A stretch of DNA of 64,000 bases, from assembly GCA_963812015.1 (NCBI GenBank), contig CAWETI010000002.1:384001-448000 (forward strand), given 5' to 3'. Below, piece by piece: positions 51,770 to 62,507 of this stretch (positions within the stretch are counted from its first letter, which is position 1; every line of letters begins with the position of its first letter). This DNA is from an uncultured delta proteobacterium (GTDB taxonomy: Bacteria; Desulfobacterota; Desulfobaccia; Desulfobaccales; 0-14-0-80-60-11). The notes beneath the pieces were generated by a model. That model was given only the letters and a program-made list of their open reading frames with translations, had not been told where the DNA came from and ran no database searches. Made by a program: the position numbers and the translations under genes.

Positions 51770-52489
51770 TTATTCTTTATACCTCAGGCGATAACCAACC
51801 CCGGGTTCGGTGCTGAGATATACCGGGCGCGCCGGGTCGGCTTCCAATTTATGGCGCAGGTGGTGGATATAATTCCTTAAATAATGCGCCTGCTCATCGC
51901 TTCGATAGCCCCATACTTCCTGCAGCAGCTGCCTTTGGGTTATGACTTTCCCGCTATGACGCACCAATACGGCCAATAATTTAAACTCGATGGGGGTAAG
52001 ATGGATCTCTTTGGGGCCCACCCAAACCATTCTCCTGGCCAGGTCAACCTTGAGGTCACCGGTTTGAAAAATCGGTCCCTCTTTGCCAACCCGGGATTGG
52101 GAGATGCGACGTATGGCGACTCGCATCCGGGCGGAAAGTTCCTCAACGCTGAAGGGCTTGGCCAAATAATCATCCGCGCCGGCGTCCAGGCCGTCAACCT
52201 TCTCGGTGTCTTTGCCCCGGGCCGAGATCACGATGATGGGAGTATTGGACCACTCCCGGATGCGTTTGATAACTTCCAGACCATCGATATCGGGGAGCCC
52301 TAAATCCAGAAGGATGATATCGGGATTATGGGTGGCCGCCATGGTAATTGCCTGGGCCCCGGTGGTGGCCTCCAGCAGTTTAAATCTCTGGGCTTCCAGG
52401 GCCGCCTTGAGGAACCGGCGAATTGGCGCCTCATCTTCCACCACCAGCACAATCCAATCGGCATCGGACACGGATTTCCCTTCCTGCAA
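51770..52489 (-). CDS. kdpE: Response regulator KdpE (OmpR family)
   Basis: VEDEAPIRRFL, LDLGLPDIDG, HLTPIEFKLL, LEADPARP.YL.TEPGVGYR. Confidence 0.92.
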   Translation of the reverse strand: MQEGKSVSDADWIVLVVEDEAPIRRFLKAALEAQRFKLLEATTGAQAITMAATHNPDIILLDLGLPDIDGLEVIKRIREWSNTPIIVISARGKDTEKVDGLDAGADDYLAKPFSVEELSARMRVAIRRISQSRVGKEGPIFQTGDLKVDLARRMVWVGPKEIHLTPIEFKLLAVLVRHSGKVITQRQLLQEVWGYRSDEQAHYLRNYIHHLRHKLEADPARPVYLSTEPGVGYRLRYKE

Positions 52490-52515
52490 CCAAATGCAAA
52501 ATTATGACGAAAAAG

Positions 52516-54480
52516 TCATTGGTTGTTTCGGCCTTTTAAGGGGAAGGTGAATCGCACCGCGGCGCCGCCGCCGGTGCGGTTCTCCGCCCATATCCGGCCC
52601 CCGTGGGCCTCCACGATGGCTCGGCAGATTGACAGCCCCAGACCGTAACCCCTTTGGCCCAGGTCCTTGGTGCCTCGATCAAACATCTCAAAAATCCTTT
52701 CCAGATCCTCCGGGGGAAATCCCGGGCCGTGGTCGGCTACTTCCACTTCAATCTCATGGTCCTTCCGTACGGCCGCAATGGCCAGGGGAGAGCCTGGGGG
52801 TGAGTACTTCAGCGAGTTTTCCAGCAAATTAATGAAGATGTGCTCCGCCAGAGCCGAATCCAGCGGGACCATGGGGAGATCAGCAGGCAGCGAAGTCGTG
52901 ATCGGTCGGTCCGCCAGCTTTTTCTCTAAACGATTTAAGGCGGCCCCGACGACTTCTTCTAACGGTTGCAACTCCTGGTGAAGCTTGAGAGAGCCTGACT
53001 CCAGCATGGCAATATCCAGGAGGTTGTTGACCAATCGGCTCAGCCGGTCAGCCTCATCATAGATGTTGGTCAGCATTTCTTGCGCCTGCTGGGTATCAAG
53101 CTGGCTCTGCAAATCCAACAAGCTGCTGGAGGATCCCATGATAGCCGCCAGGGGCGTTTGAAAATCATGGGTGACCGAGCCGAGCAGAGAGGCGCGCAAA
53201 CGTTCGGTTTCCGCCGCCACCTGCGCTTCCAAGGCGGCCTTTTGCAGACGCTCCACTCCTAGGGCCAGGGCGACTTGCTTGGCCAGGGATTCGAGGAAGC
53301 GGAGGCGCAGTTGTTCCGGTAATAGCCATTGTACCGATTCAGGATCTTTGGGCCGCATGGCCAGGACCCCTAAGGTGGCATCGGCGGTTTGCAGGGGCAC
53401 ATAGAGAATCTCAGAAGTTGGTGAGTTTTGCGTCCCCCACCCGGCCATCTGGCCGGCCTGGTAAGTCCATTGGGCCACACCCATTTCTTTGATGATATCT
53501 TTGTGAAAGACCGACGCGATATCTCCGGCAGACACGTGCAACCGCTTATTGTCGTCCGGCAGCAGCGCCACCACCTGGCACCCTAAAATCTCCGAGATGT
53601 GCTGCACCGCCACCTGCAAAATTTTCTCCAGCCCCCGGGTGCCGGCGAGCTGCTGGCTGAGGGCCTGCATGGCCGCGGTCTGGCGCTCTTGCAAACGGGC
53701 GGCCTCGGCCTGCCGTCTTATCAGGCCGGCCAAATGACCGATTACCACGGCCACCAGAAACATCACCACGAAGGTCACGAGGTATTTGGCATCTTCAACG
53801 GTGAACGACCATCGGGGCGGCACAAAACAGAAATCAAAGGCCAGAACGCTCAGGAGAGCATTGAGGATAGCCGGCCCCCGCCCACACTGCACGGCGGTGA
53901 CCATCACCGCCAGCAAATACACCATAATCAGGTTGGGGAGGTCGAAGTAAGGATACATCAAGAAGCAGAGGCCGGTAGCCAGGGAGACATAGATGAGGCC
54001 CACTTCATAGTCAGGCAACCGGATGGGTTTCGGTTGCACCAAAACGGGCGCCTCTTTTTGTTCCCCCGACTCCCCGGTGATGACATAAACATCAATCTCG
54101 CCGCTCAGGCGCACCAATTCGTCCACCGGACTCTTGGAGAGGAAATCACGCCAGCGGGGACTAGGGGGCTTACCGGCCACAATTTTGGTAACCTGCCGCC
54201 GGCGGGCGAAGTTGACAATCTCGGCGGCAATGCGAATGCCCCTCAAGGTGATGGTTTCGGCGCCCAATTGCTCCGCCAGCCGCAGGTTATAGACGGCCCG
54301 GTTCCGCTCCGCCTCCGGCAACCGCAGCATCTTGGGGTTCTCGACGTAGACCGCAAACCATTCAGCCTGCAACTCGGTGGCCAGGTTTTTGGCGGCCCTG
54401 ATCAGATCGGCGCAGGCAGGGCTGGGGCCGACGCACACCAGGATTCTGGCTTTTGTGAGTGGTAACCTGTCTGCCATCAT
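52516..54480 (-). CDS. kdpD: Sensor kinase KdpD-like (Usp, 4 TM, GAF, HisKA, HATPase), lacking the N-terminal KdpD domain
   Basis: RILVCVGPSP, LAEQLGAE, AFDFCFVPP, ETERLRASLLGSVTHDFQTPL; adjacent to kdpE. Confidence 0.88.
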   Translation of the reverse strand: MMADRLPLTKARILVCVGPSPACADLIRAAKNLATELQAEWFAVYVENPKMLRLPEAERNRAVYNLRLAEQLGAETITLRGIRIAAEIVNFARRRQVTKIVAGKPPSPRWRDFLSKSPVDELVRLSGEIDVYVITGESGEQKEAPVLVQPKPIRLPDYEVGLIYVSLATGLCFLMYPYFDLPNLIMVYLLAVMVTAVQCGRGPAILNALLSVLAFDFCFVPPRWSFTVEDAKYLVTFVVMFLVAVVIGHLAGLIRRQAEAARLQERQTAAMQALSQQLAGTRGLEKILQVAVQHISEILGCQVVALLPDDNKRLHVSAGDIASVFHKDIIKEMGVAQWTYQAGQMAGWGTQNSPTSEILYVPLQTADATLGVLAMRPKDPESVQWLLPEQLRLRFLESLAKQVALALGVERLQKAALEAQVAAETERLRASLLGSVTHDFQTPLAAIMGSSSSLLDLQSQLDTQQAQEMLTNIYDEADRLSRLVNNLLDIAMLESGSLKLHQELQPLEEVVGAALNRLEKKLADRPITTSLPADLPMVPLDSALAEHIFINLLENSLKYSPPGSPLAIAAVRKDHEIEVEVADHGPGFPPEDLERIFEMFDRGTKDLGQRGYGLGLSICRAIVEAHGGRIWAENRTGGGAAVRFTFPLKGRNNQ

Positions 54481-54774
54481 TGCCCTCCCTTGGTCTGACG
54501 CCGATTGATGCTTCCCTTAAAGTCTAAATCATAAAATGTCAAAAAATAGTAAAAATTCTCCAGCCGGCCGTAAAAATTTCGTAACAATCCGAGCACCTGT
54601 ATGAGCCTCACGTCGGATGGATCGAAGAGAACGGCAAGAGGTTCGGCTCTCGAAGGCTTATGGGTTGGAGCTTGAGACGAACAAGGCCACCGGGATAGGG
54701 GCAATCTTAGGAGCAATGGCCAAAATGCAGGTGGCCTTGATGGGATAACTGATGAAATTGATTAACTGATTAAT

Positions 54775-54802
54775 TGGTCGGGGCGGCGGGATTTGAACCC
54801 GC
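54775..54802 (-). mobile_element. tRNA-Pro 3'-end fragment, putative attachment site of an integrative element
   Basis: Reverse complement GCGGGTTCAAATCCCGCCGCCCCGACCA (T-arm, acceptor strand, CCA) with no 5' half. GGCACAG direct repeat nearby at about 54941-54959. Confidence 0.75.
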
Positions 54803-55090
54803 TTAATCATCAATTATATCAATGGCGTATAATGATTACCAATGACGTAAGATGATAACTTAAAAGGCTTTTCTAATCTCCCCCTTTTGGGCCGGATGTC
54901 ACCTATTATCATTTTCGGTCACAGGATTTCATTTGAATTGGGCACAGTTTTAGGCACAGATTCCTGAAATGAATAACCGGGTTCAGAGATGATTAAGATT
55001 TTTCCCGGGCGGGCCAGAGGCTCTGCGTTTCGCCTTTGCAGACGCTCGCTGTTATGTCTGCGCCCCCGCTAAAGCCGAACTGGATTGGCG

Positions 55091-55744
55091 CACCCTGTTC
55101 TCCGAAGAGTGCGCCCCAGCGTGTGCCGCCCTCATCAACCGCAAACGCCGCAATGCTAATATCAGGCACGGCACCCCCGTAGCAAGTAGCGACACCGTGC
55201 AGTTCTGCGCCGGAGATCGGAACGGCAACTCTGTTTCCATGGTCAACTCGATATACACCAACTTCGGTAGCGGCATCGTACCCGAGGGCCTTGGCTTCGT
55301 CCTCCAGAACCGGGGGTGCAACTTTACGTTTGTGGCGGACCTACCCCACCTGCACTGGCCCCAGCAACGCCGGGACCAAACCATCATCCCCTGCCTGACC
55401 CCCAACCCGGATGGCTACCTACACGTTGTGCCCGGCGTCATGGGCGGCTTCATGCAGCCGCAGGCACGTGCAATTTCTCAGTGCCATGTTTTGGAAGAAG
55501 GCCTCGATCCGCAGGCGGCGCTCGACCGCTCCGCTTCACGTGAACCCAGGCGATCATTTTCTCTTGAGGAGGGCATGTCGGAAGAGACTGTGGCGGCCAA
55601 ACCGCCATGGGTCATTCCACGTCTGTAGTGACCGGGTATGCCCGCAAGCTGTTTGGGCGCGGCCAGACCATCTTGAAATGCAGCGATGGGTTTTACGGAG
55701 GTCCCAGCGATCCGCGCTCTGATGGTGGCGTCTTCGGGCTGTAA
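55091..55744 (+). pseudogene. ggt: Gamma-glutamyltransferase C-terminal remnant (frameshifted)
   Basis: SDTV.F...D..GNSVSMVNS.Y..FGSGIVP..LGFVLQNRG.NF, GVMGGFMQPQ, terminal SDPRSDG in another frame; large subunit absent. Confidence 0.8.
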
Positions 55745-56470
55745 CCTGATTGTGCGCCTTCTACCCGGGAACCATGTCAGTCTTTTCTATTTTTTGCCCA
55801 GGTCAGGGCCGTTTGCAGCCCCAATTTCAAACGCTGACTTCCTCCCCTGACACTTACCCCTCATGCATGGGTCCGTACTCAAGTTGGCCCCGTTTGAGTG
55901 CCCTTTGTAGGCAGGCCCAAATTAAATTTGTAGACGCCAGGCTGAATAGCTCTTCTGCCTTGAAGGAGAAACCTGGTTCGGTGGGGTCCCAGGTCAATGT
56001 CGACACCTTTTCACGAAACACACTATCTGTTTCCCCTCAACCAACCGTATTTTCATATATCCATAACCCTCCCGATCGCATCTAAGCATATTCCATGGAG
56101 CCTTCAAGGCAATGACAGCGTTTACTGAAGCTTCCAGTGGCCAGGCATAAGGTAGAAGACTATCTTCTTATCCCTATCAGCTTTCGCAGGTGCATGAGGC
56201 CTTCAATAGCGGCTGCTGAAATAATTTTGTCGCTTGCTGCTCATCATAAGCAGCCCCGGGAGGGGTAATAGAGGATGTTTGGTGGTTTCCTGCCAGGATA
56301 CCAGGAATGTACCAGAGCTCGTTGTTTTCGCTCACGATGGGAGCCTTGCCTTGAGATGGAACCATAGAATACCTATCTTAATACATCAGCCCCAACAAGC
56401 TGCGTCAATGGCTATATTTTTATGCGATCCTTCAAGCTTCCAGAATCGAGTTGAGAAAGGATGGTGCGCT

Positions 56471-57449
56471 ATGAAAAAGGAGACCGACTTCGGGTTAATG
56501 ACCCGCCGGGATTTCGCGCGCGTCACGGCTGTGGCCGGCCTTAGCATCATGGCGGCGCCATATATCTCTCTGGGCGCTCCTCCCGCTGGCAAGCCGACCA
56601 CCCGGGTACTGGGGCGGACAGGCTTTGAGACCACAACCCTGGGCCTTGGCGGGCAGGCGTCACTGCAATGGACCCCAGAGGGAGAGAATCCCGAGCACAT
56701 CATCATCAAAGCCCTAAGCCTGGGCATCAATTACTTTGATACCTCTAACCTGTACGGGCCCAGCCAGTTGAATTATGGTAAGGCCTTTCGCACCTTGAAC
56801 CTCATTCCGGGCAACCCTGGGTACGATGAAGTCAAGCGGCGCTCTATTTATCTGGCGAGCAAAACCCGCCTGCGTTACGCGAAAGGTGAACCCACCACCG
56901 AGAGGCCTGTTAAAGACTTTACCAATGGGCTACCAGGCTCAAAAACCATCGATGACGTGAAGCGCACCCTGTCCCAAATCTTCGGAGATGGGCAAGGCAA
57001 CTATCCTCCCGGAGCCTACGCCGACCTATTTCAAATCCACAGCCTGCAAACCATCGATGATGTGGACGCAATTTATGAAGGGTTGGAGAACCCGGACCCC
57101 AAGGCGGAAAGGATTGGCGCATTGGCGGCACTCAGAGATTACCGGGACGGAACCAACCTCACCGGCTTGAACCCCAAGAATGAAAAATTAATCCGACACA
57201 TCGGCATCACGGGCCACCTCTCCTCCCCGGTGTTGATGGAATGCCTCCAGCGGGACGAGAAAAACCTGATTGACACCCTGCTCGTGGCCTTGAATGCCAA
57301 CGACCGCCGATACTTTAACCATCAATACAATGTGATTCCCGTGGCGGTGGCCAAGAATGCGGGCCTCATCGCCATGAAAGTCTTTGCGGACGGCGCCATG
57401 TACGGCAAAGGGAACTTCTTCTCCCGGGCTCCCGAACACGTGGTGCGTC
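56471..57449 (+). pseudogene. Tat-exported aldo/keto reductase truncated by an IS3 element
   Basis: TRRDF twin-arginine signal, R.LGRTG, GINYFDTSNLYG, IGITGH, IAMKVFADG; frame runs into the IS end at 57450. Confidence 0.8.
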
Positions 57450-57478
57450 TGACCTGCCCCCGATAGTTGTACCAAGTT

Positions 57479-58384
57479 TTAAGTTAGAATTGGGGTCAAG
57501 TCAAGCCAGAGATCCTGGCGGAGCATAGCGTAGCCAGGATCTCTGGAAATCACCTGGATGGCCTCGGGTGCGGGTGGCCGATAACCCAAGGCGCTGTGAG
57601 GCCTTGCCGTATTGTATTCCCGCCGCCAGCGTTCTATAAGGATCTGGGCCTCCTTCAGGGTGGTGAAAATCTCCCCGTTGAGCAACTCATCCCGCAGTTT
57701 TCCATTGAAGCTCTCGTTGTAGCCATTCTCCCAGGGACTGCCAGGTTCAATGTAGAGCGTTTTGACTCCTACTCGGCTTAACCACTCCCGAACCGCCCTG
57801 GCCGTAAACTCCGGCCCGTTGTCTGATCGGATATAGTCTGGTGGGCGCCGTGACACAAACAGCTCTGTCAACCGATACAACACCGCATCTGCATCAAAAC
57901 GCCGGGACACCTCGATGGCCAGGCATTCCCTGGTGTACTCATCAATGATGGTGAGCATTCGGAAAGCTTTGCCATCGTGAGTCCGCGCCATCACGAAGTC
58001 ATAGGACCATACATGGTTCGGCCAGCAGGGCCGGAGACGAACACAAGATCCGTCGCTTAACCACAACCTGCCCCGCTTTGGCTGCTTCTGGGGCACCTTC
58101 AGCCCTTCCTGTCGCCAGATCCGTTCCATTCTTTTATGGTTCACCACCCAGCCGTCACTTCGCAGCAACGCCAGGATACGGCGATAGCCGTATCGCCCAT
58201 ACCTGCTGGCATGGCCAATGATGGCCGCAGTCAGCCCCACCTCGTCATCAGGCTCGGTGGCTTGGTAACGCTGGGTCGCACGCGGTTGCCCAATCACCCC
58301 GCAGACACGGCGTTCCGACACCGGCAGAGCCTTCCGGATATGCTCAATGCATTGCCGCCGACGGGTCGGGCTTAGAAGTTTCCC
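57479..58384 (-). CDS. IS3 transposase OrfB (DDE integrase core), expressed by -1 frameshift
   Basis: [47 protein letters not shown]. Confidence 0.95.
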   Translation of the reverse strand, partial: GKLLSPTRRRQCIEHIRKALPVSERRVCGVIGQPRATQRYQATEPDDEVGLTAAIIGHASRYGRYGYRRILALLRSDGWVVNHKRMERIWRQEGLKVPQKQPKRGRLWLSDGSCVRLRPCWPNHVWSYDFVMARTHDGKAFRMLTIIDEYTRECLAIEVSRRFDADAVLYRLTELFVSRRPPDYIRSDNGPEFTARAVREWLSRVGVKTLYIEPGSPWENGYNESFNGKLRDELLNGEIFTTLKEAQILIERWRREYNTARPHSALGYRPPAPEAIQVISRDPGYAMLRQDLWLDLTPILT

Positions 58385-58650
58385 CTTACCGCCTCCTGGA
58401 GGATCAGTTTATCCAGTGTGAGATCCGATACCGCCCGCCTCAGCCGGGTATTCTCTTGCTCCAGGGCCTTGAGGCGCTTGGCCTGCTCTATCTTTAAACC
58501 ACCATACTCCCGGCGCCAGCGATAGAAGGTCTGTTCGGCAATACCCAGGGTTCGGCAAACCTGGCCCACCGTCTCCCCCTGGGCCAAGGCCACCTCTGCT
58601 TCCCGCAACTTCCCAATGATCTGCTCCGGCGTATAACGCTTCCTGCTCAT
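58372..58650 (-). CDS. IS3 transposase OrfA (HTH)
   Basis: [44 protein letters not shown]. Confidence 0.95.
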   Translation of the reverse strand: MSRKRYTPEQIIGKLREAEVALAQGETVGQVCRTLGIAEQTFYRWRREYGGLKIEQAKRLKALEQENTRLRRAVSDLTLDKLILQEAVRGNF

Positions 58651-59272
58651 CTCCCTGCCTCCCTTCGATCCACTACTCTAACTTAACATGTGGATCAGTT
58701 TTTGGGGGGCAGGTCATTGGCTTGACCCGCCGTAAGATGCTTTGATTGTAATATGCCTGACCAGGGCCAATCTGGGAATAAGGACATACCCGGATTTTAG
58801 CCTTCAGATTAAAGGGGTCTTAATGGAGGGATGTCTGTATATACAGGTAGGACACCCGGAAGTACCAGCCATAACGGGGCCAGACGAGGTTGACAGGATC
58901 CTGGGAGGGGGGCCTAGAGGTGGTCACCAGTTCTACCGGAAGGAATCAGGCGATTGAGAGGTCGGCAAGTTTTCGATATCTATTCAATTCTTATACGAAA
59001 TATCTGGCCTGGATCCCCGAAGGAGCCCAGGCCAGACAAGAGAAACATGGAACGTATCAATTTGCACTATACTTCAAAACTGGTTGCTGTCAAGAAAATT
59101 AGGGGATGAGTAATTTCTTTGCCGGAAAAGAAGTTATCTCACCGTCGTACAGATTGATGATAGGCTCGTAGGGTGGACGATCTGGGTTCACCAAGGGGGA
59201 GGGGTGGGTGGCCAAGCGGCGCGGGGACTTTCCCCGGAAAAGCGAGGTTAAGCAATCGCCGATCTCAGCCTC

Positions 59273-59620
59273 CTACTCCCACCGTTCCTTGATAATTTCT
59301 GTATTCACGGTGTCAAACACCTCGGAATGATGCTCTATTTCAAACCACCGCATAAAGGTTTTATAGTCGCGTTTTGAGGGCCACCAATCAGGATCAGTAC
59401 AGAAGGCATCTAACTCTCTCTCAAAAATGTCCGCGTGTATCCTCTTGATAAATTTTTGGGCCTGGAGATCATTACCGAACTCGGGTAACAGAAGCACGGT
59501 GCAGTCGGTCTGGAGATCGGCCAGCGTAAAGAACTCCTCATTATCTGGCAGGGCATTGAGCCAGTCCAGAAAGGGTTGTTTGGGTTTTACCACCGCTATG
59601 GAGCGGTTGATGGTATCCAT
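59273..59620 (-). CDS. Conserved hypothetical protein
   Basis: MDTINRSIAVVKPKQPFLDWLN...IFERELDAF......WP..RDYKTF..WFEIE; ATG after GAGG. Confidence 0.7.
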   Translation of the reverse strand: MDTINRSIAVVKPKQPFLDWLNALPDNEEFFTLADLQTDCTVLLLPEFGNDLQAQKFIKRIHADIFERELDAFCTDPDWWPSKRDYKTFMRWFEIEHHSEVFDTVNTEIIKERWE

Positions 59621-59990
59621 TTGTTCATCCTCATGTCGGTGCGGTTCAGCGATGAATTGATTGGCGACTTCCAAAACCCTGGCACCCCGGCCTCAGCGAT
59701 TCGCCCAGGTCAAGCCTCTCGTGGCTGAGAGCCAAGCTATATGGATTAAGTTAATGGCGTACAGCCAAGCGTGAGCCTCGGCCTATGGGCATGATCCTAA
59801 CCCCGGCCAACGGCTTCGGCGTGGATGATGACCTGGTGCTTGGCATCGATGAGGGCCTGACTGCGATGGCCAATACCGCTCTGGACTCGATTTCGTCAGA
59901 TGAGAAGGTTGTCCGGAACGTAGGATTTGCATCACTATCGCATCACCCAGGGCATGGTTGGCTAACAATGGCATCCCCGGAACTCGTCAA

Positions 59991-61214
59991 CTACGAGGTT
60001 TCCTTGACCAAAACCTCACGTCTGGCCAGACTTGGAAACAAGGGGATCCATAGGGCCACCACGACTAAGGTACAAATACCGCCGAGCACCACCGACGGTA
60101 CGGTGCCAAGCCAGGCGGCGGTGACTCCGGACTCGAATTCACCGAGCTGGTTGGAGGTGCCGATAAAGATAAAATTGACGGCGCTCACCCGGCCCCGTTT
60201 CGCATCCGGCGTCTCCAACTGCACCAATGACGAGCGAATCACTACGCTGATCATATCGCTACCGCCCAGCGTCGCGAGTGCGGCCAGGGACAGCAAAAAG
60301 GAGCGGGAAAGACCGAAGACGATAGTGGCAATCCCAAATCCGATCACCGCAGCGAACATAGTTCTCCCCACGCGGCGCTGGAGTGGTCTCCGGGCGAGAT
60401 AGACTGACATTGCCAGCGCCCCTACGGCCGGCGCGGCCCGTAGCAACCCCAGTCCCCAGGGACCGGTGAAGAGAATGTCCCGGGCATAGATGGGCAAAAG
60501 CGCCGTAGCCCCCCCCAGCAGCACCGAGAACAGATCCAGCGAGATGGCCCCCAGGATATCGGGCTTGCTGCGGATATAGGCGATCCCCCCGAACACTGAT
60601 CTCAACGTCGGCGGCTCTCGGCGTAGCGCCACCAAAGGAGCGGATATTGTTAGACAAGACAGGACCGCCAAGAAATAGCAGGCGGTGCTACTGGCATAGG
60701 TGAAGCCGGCGCTGGCGATGTAGACAATACCGCCCAAGGCCGGCCCGAGGATGATTCCGACCTGCCGGCCCGTGGCACTCCAGGTGAGACATTGGGGTAA
60801 CAGCTCCGGCTCTATCAGCGAAGGCAGAAAAGCCTGCATGGTCGGCGACTCGAAGGCCCGCGCCGCACCGATCAGAAAAACGCAGGCCAGGATGAGCTCC
60901 CGATTAAGACAGTGGGTGAAGCTGCCGACAGCCAGCGCCGTTGCCATAACGCCTTCAATCGACAGGCAGATTAAAAGAATGCGCCGCCGCTCATAGCGGT
61001 CGGCGACATGGCCTACCACCAGGGTCAGCAGGAATTGGGGCAGGAACTGCGCCAGTCCGACGAGACCAAGGGTGAAGGCGCTGTGAGTCAGGTCGTAAAT
61101 CTGCCAACCCACTGCCACCGCAAGCATCTGATAGGCGAGAAAGGAAGCGGTCTGCCCAAGCAGAAACCGCTTGAAGGCAGGAATAGCCAAGGGTTGCCTT
61201 TTGCTCGACTGCAT
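59991..61214 (-). CDS. MFS transporter (DHA3/EntS-like H+ antiporter family)
   Basis: About 12 TM segments; GHVADRYERRR motif A, SLDLFSVLLGGATALLP, RGRVSAVN. Confidence 0.92.
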   Translation of the reverse strand: MQSSKRQPLAIPAFKRFLLGQTASFLAYQMLAVAVGWQIYDLTHSAFTLGLVGLAQFLPQFLLTLVVGHVADRYERRRILLICLSIEGVMATALAVGSFTHCLNRELILACVFLIGAARAFESPTMQAFLPSLIEPELLPQCLTWSATGRQVGIILGPALGGIVYIASAGFTYASSTACYFLAVLSCLTISAPLVALRREPPTLRSVFGGIAYIRSKPDILGAISLDLFSVLLGGATALLPIYARDILFTGPWGLGLLRAAPAVGALAMSVYLARRPLQRRVGRTMFAAVIGFGIATIVFGLSRSFLLSLAALATLGGSDMISVVIRSSLVQLETPDAKRGRVSAVNFIFIGTSNQLGEFESGVTAAWLGTVPSVVLGGICTLVVVALWIPLFPSLARREVLVKETS

Positions 61215-61416
61215 GTAACGCCAGTTTCCTCCTCGAAGGCTGCAGGGCTTTGCTGGGCAGGGGGCTTAGCCTGCACCCCCTATATAAGCTTTAAGTATGT
61301 ATCATCTCGAGAGCAAAGAGCAATAGTCGAGCCAGGTGCGGCGAACAGAGGCAAACCCTGCCTAGCCATTTGCTGAGGAATTATTGAGGGAAATTGCTGA
61401 GGGCTGGAGTTCCGGG

Positions 61417-61600
61417 TCACCGCCACCAGGCGGCGTAGAGCAAAGTCCGGACCAGGGTCATGCCCGTGCAGAAGTGAATCTGGATGGCCAGGGTCTGGGT
61501 GGTGATAAATTTCGGCTGGGTGGGGTCGGTGGGCCACGGCTTCGGCGGATGGCCCTGACGGCCAGGGGCAAGGGAGCCAGCGCCGTCATAATAAAATCGA
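61417..61600 (-). pseudogene. Possible C-terminal remnant of a MenA/UbiA-like prenyltransferase
   Basis: ALAPLPLAVRAIRR followed, after a frame change, by PKFITTQTLAIQIHFCTGMTLV; resemblance by eye only. Confidence 0.3.
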
Positions 61601-61841
61601 ACAGCCCGAAAATTTCCAGGTGCACAATCCGGCAACCAAGAGCTTTCAGGACTTGTTGAAGCGGCTTGGAAAGCGGGTGATAATCCGGCGGACCACCGAA
61701 GATGAACTTCTTTATGCCTCAAGCTTTTTAAAGGGAATTATCTACTTAACTCCCCAAATTTTCTATTCCGGGGCTTGTCCTAACTGTAAACAGACTATGG
61801 ATACCTACTTCTCTAAACCTATTGAAACTAAAGGATAATTT

Positions 61842-62009
61842 ATGACTTTCACTTTATGGTTTCACTCTAACATGCATGTACATCGGCAATCACAGGCTGT
61901 AGGGGACTTAAATCCAATAACTCAATTAATATGGAGACATATAAAAAACAATCATCTTCTAAGCAATAGAACTTTTGACAACTTATATAATCTAATTTGG
62001 CATTTCTAA
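61842..62009 (+). CDS. Small hypothetical passenger ORF (55 aa)
   Basis: AAGGA, then ATG MTFTLWFHSNMHVH...NLIWHF*; tightly spaced with its neighbours. Confidence 0.45.
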   Translation: MTFTLWFHSNMHVHRQSQAVGDLNPITQLIWRHIKNNHLLSNRTFDNLYNLIWHF

Positions 62010-62019
62010 GGGGTGATTT

Positions 62020-62334
62020 ATGAAAATCGGCGTTTGTTATAAAGCAAGAGAGGACAGTTTTATCACGGCATTTGATTATGACCAGGCTATTTATGATCTT
62101 ATGTGTGCCAAAGAACAACTTACACCTGATGGGAAGTCCTGCTCTGTTTGTGGCGATGGAGGACATCAAGCATGGGAGTGTCATCATAACCCCCTGGTGA
62201 TGACCCGCAGGGCTGCAAAGGAACGGGCAACTTATAGATGTTTCCATTGTGGTCAATCTTTCATGGATCAAGATACGGCCGCAGACCATTTCGGCAAACG
62301 GGATGAAAGAGAATATCCGGTATGTAAAGGTTGA
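62020..62334 (+). CDS. Zinc-knuckle/zinc-finger small protein (phage-like)
   Basis: CSVCGDGGHQAWEC is CX2CX4HX4C; second motif CFHC-x12-HFG. Confidence 0.7.
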   Translation: MKIGVCYKAREDSFITAFDYDQAIYDLMCAKEQLTPDGKSCSVCGDGGHQAWECHHNPLVMTRRAAKERATYRCFHCGQSFMDQDTAADHFGKRDEREYPVCKG

Positions 62335-62336
62335 AA

Positions 62337-62507
62337 ATGACAAAAAGACCTCCCAAAATCCTAACTAAAATTGTCGATAAAGTCTTATCCTATCGTCCTG
62401 AACCCAAAACTGAATCAGCCAAAAAACGCCAGAGAAGGGATGATGAAAGGCTAATCGCAGTCGGGAAAAGGATTTTAGCCAATGTATCAGAACCAAAAAG
62501 GGACTAA
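62337..62507 (+). CDS. Small basic ORF ending inside the right TIR
   Basis: MTKRPPKILTKIVDKVLSYRPEPKTESAKKRQRR...PKRD*; stop codon lies within the inverted repeat. Confidence 0.55.
   Translation: MTKRPPKILTKIVDKVLSYRPEPKTESAKKRQRRDDERLIAVGKRILANVSEPKRD

Larger units (their letters stand above)
57450..58716 (-). mobile_element. IS3-family insertion sequence (1267 bp)
   Basis: Ends TGACCTGCCCCCGATAGTTGTACCA and reverse complement TGACCTGCCCCCCAAAAACTGATCCA (TG...CA); orfA/orfB with a G-GGA-AAC slippery site at 58378-58384. Confidence 0.95.

Noticed and set aside
54775..54802. Intact tRNA gene
   Set aside because: Only the T-arm and acceptor 3' strand are present; treated as an att remnant.
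58720..59270. Short ORFs right of the IS3, as a continuation of the AKR or a transposase relic
   Set aside because: No AKR C-terminal or transposase motifs are recognisable.
59783..60402. 205-aa plus-strand ORF
   Set aside because: It is mostly antisense to the MFS gene. The first about 90 nt may be an IS scrap but cannot be assigned.
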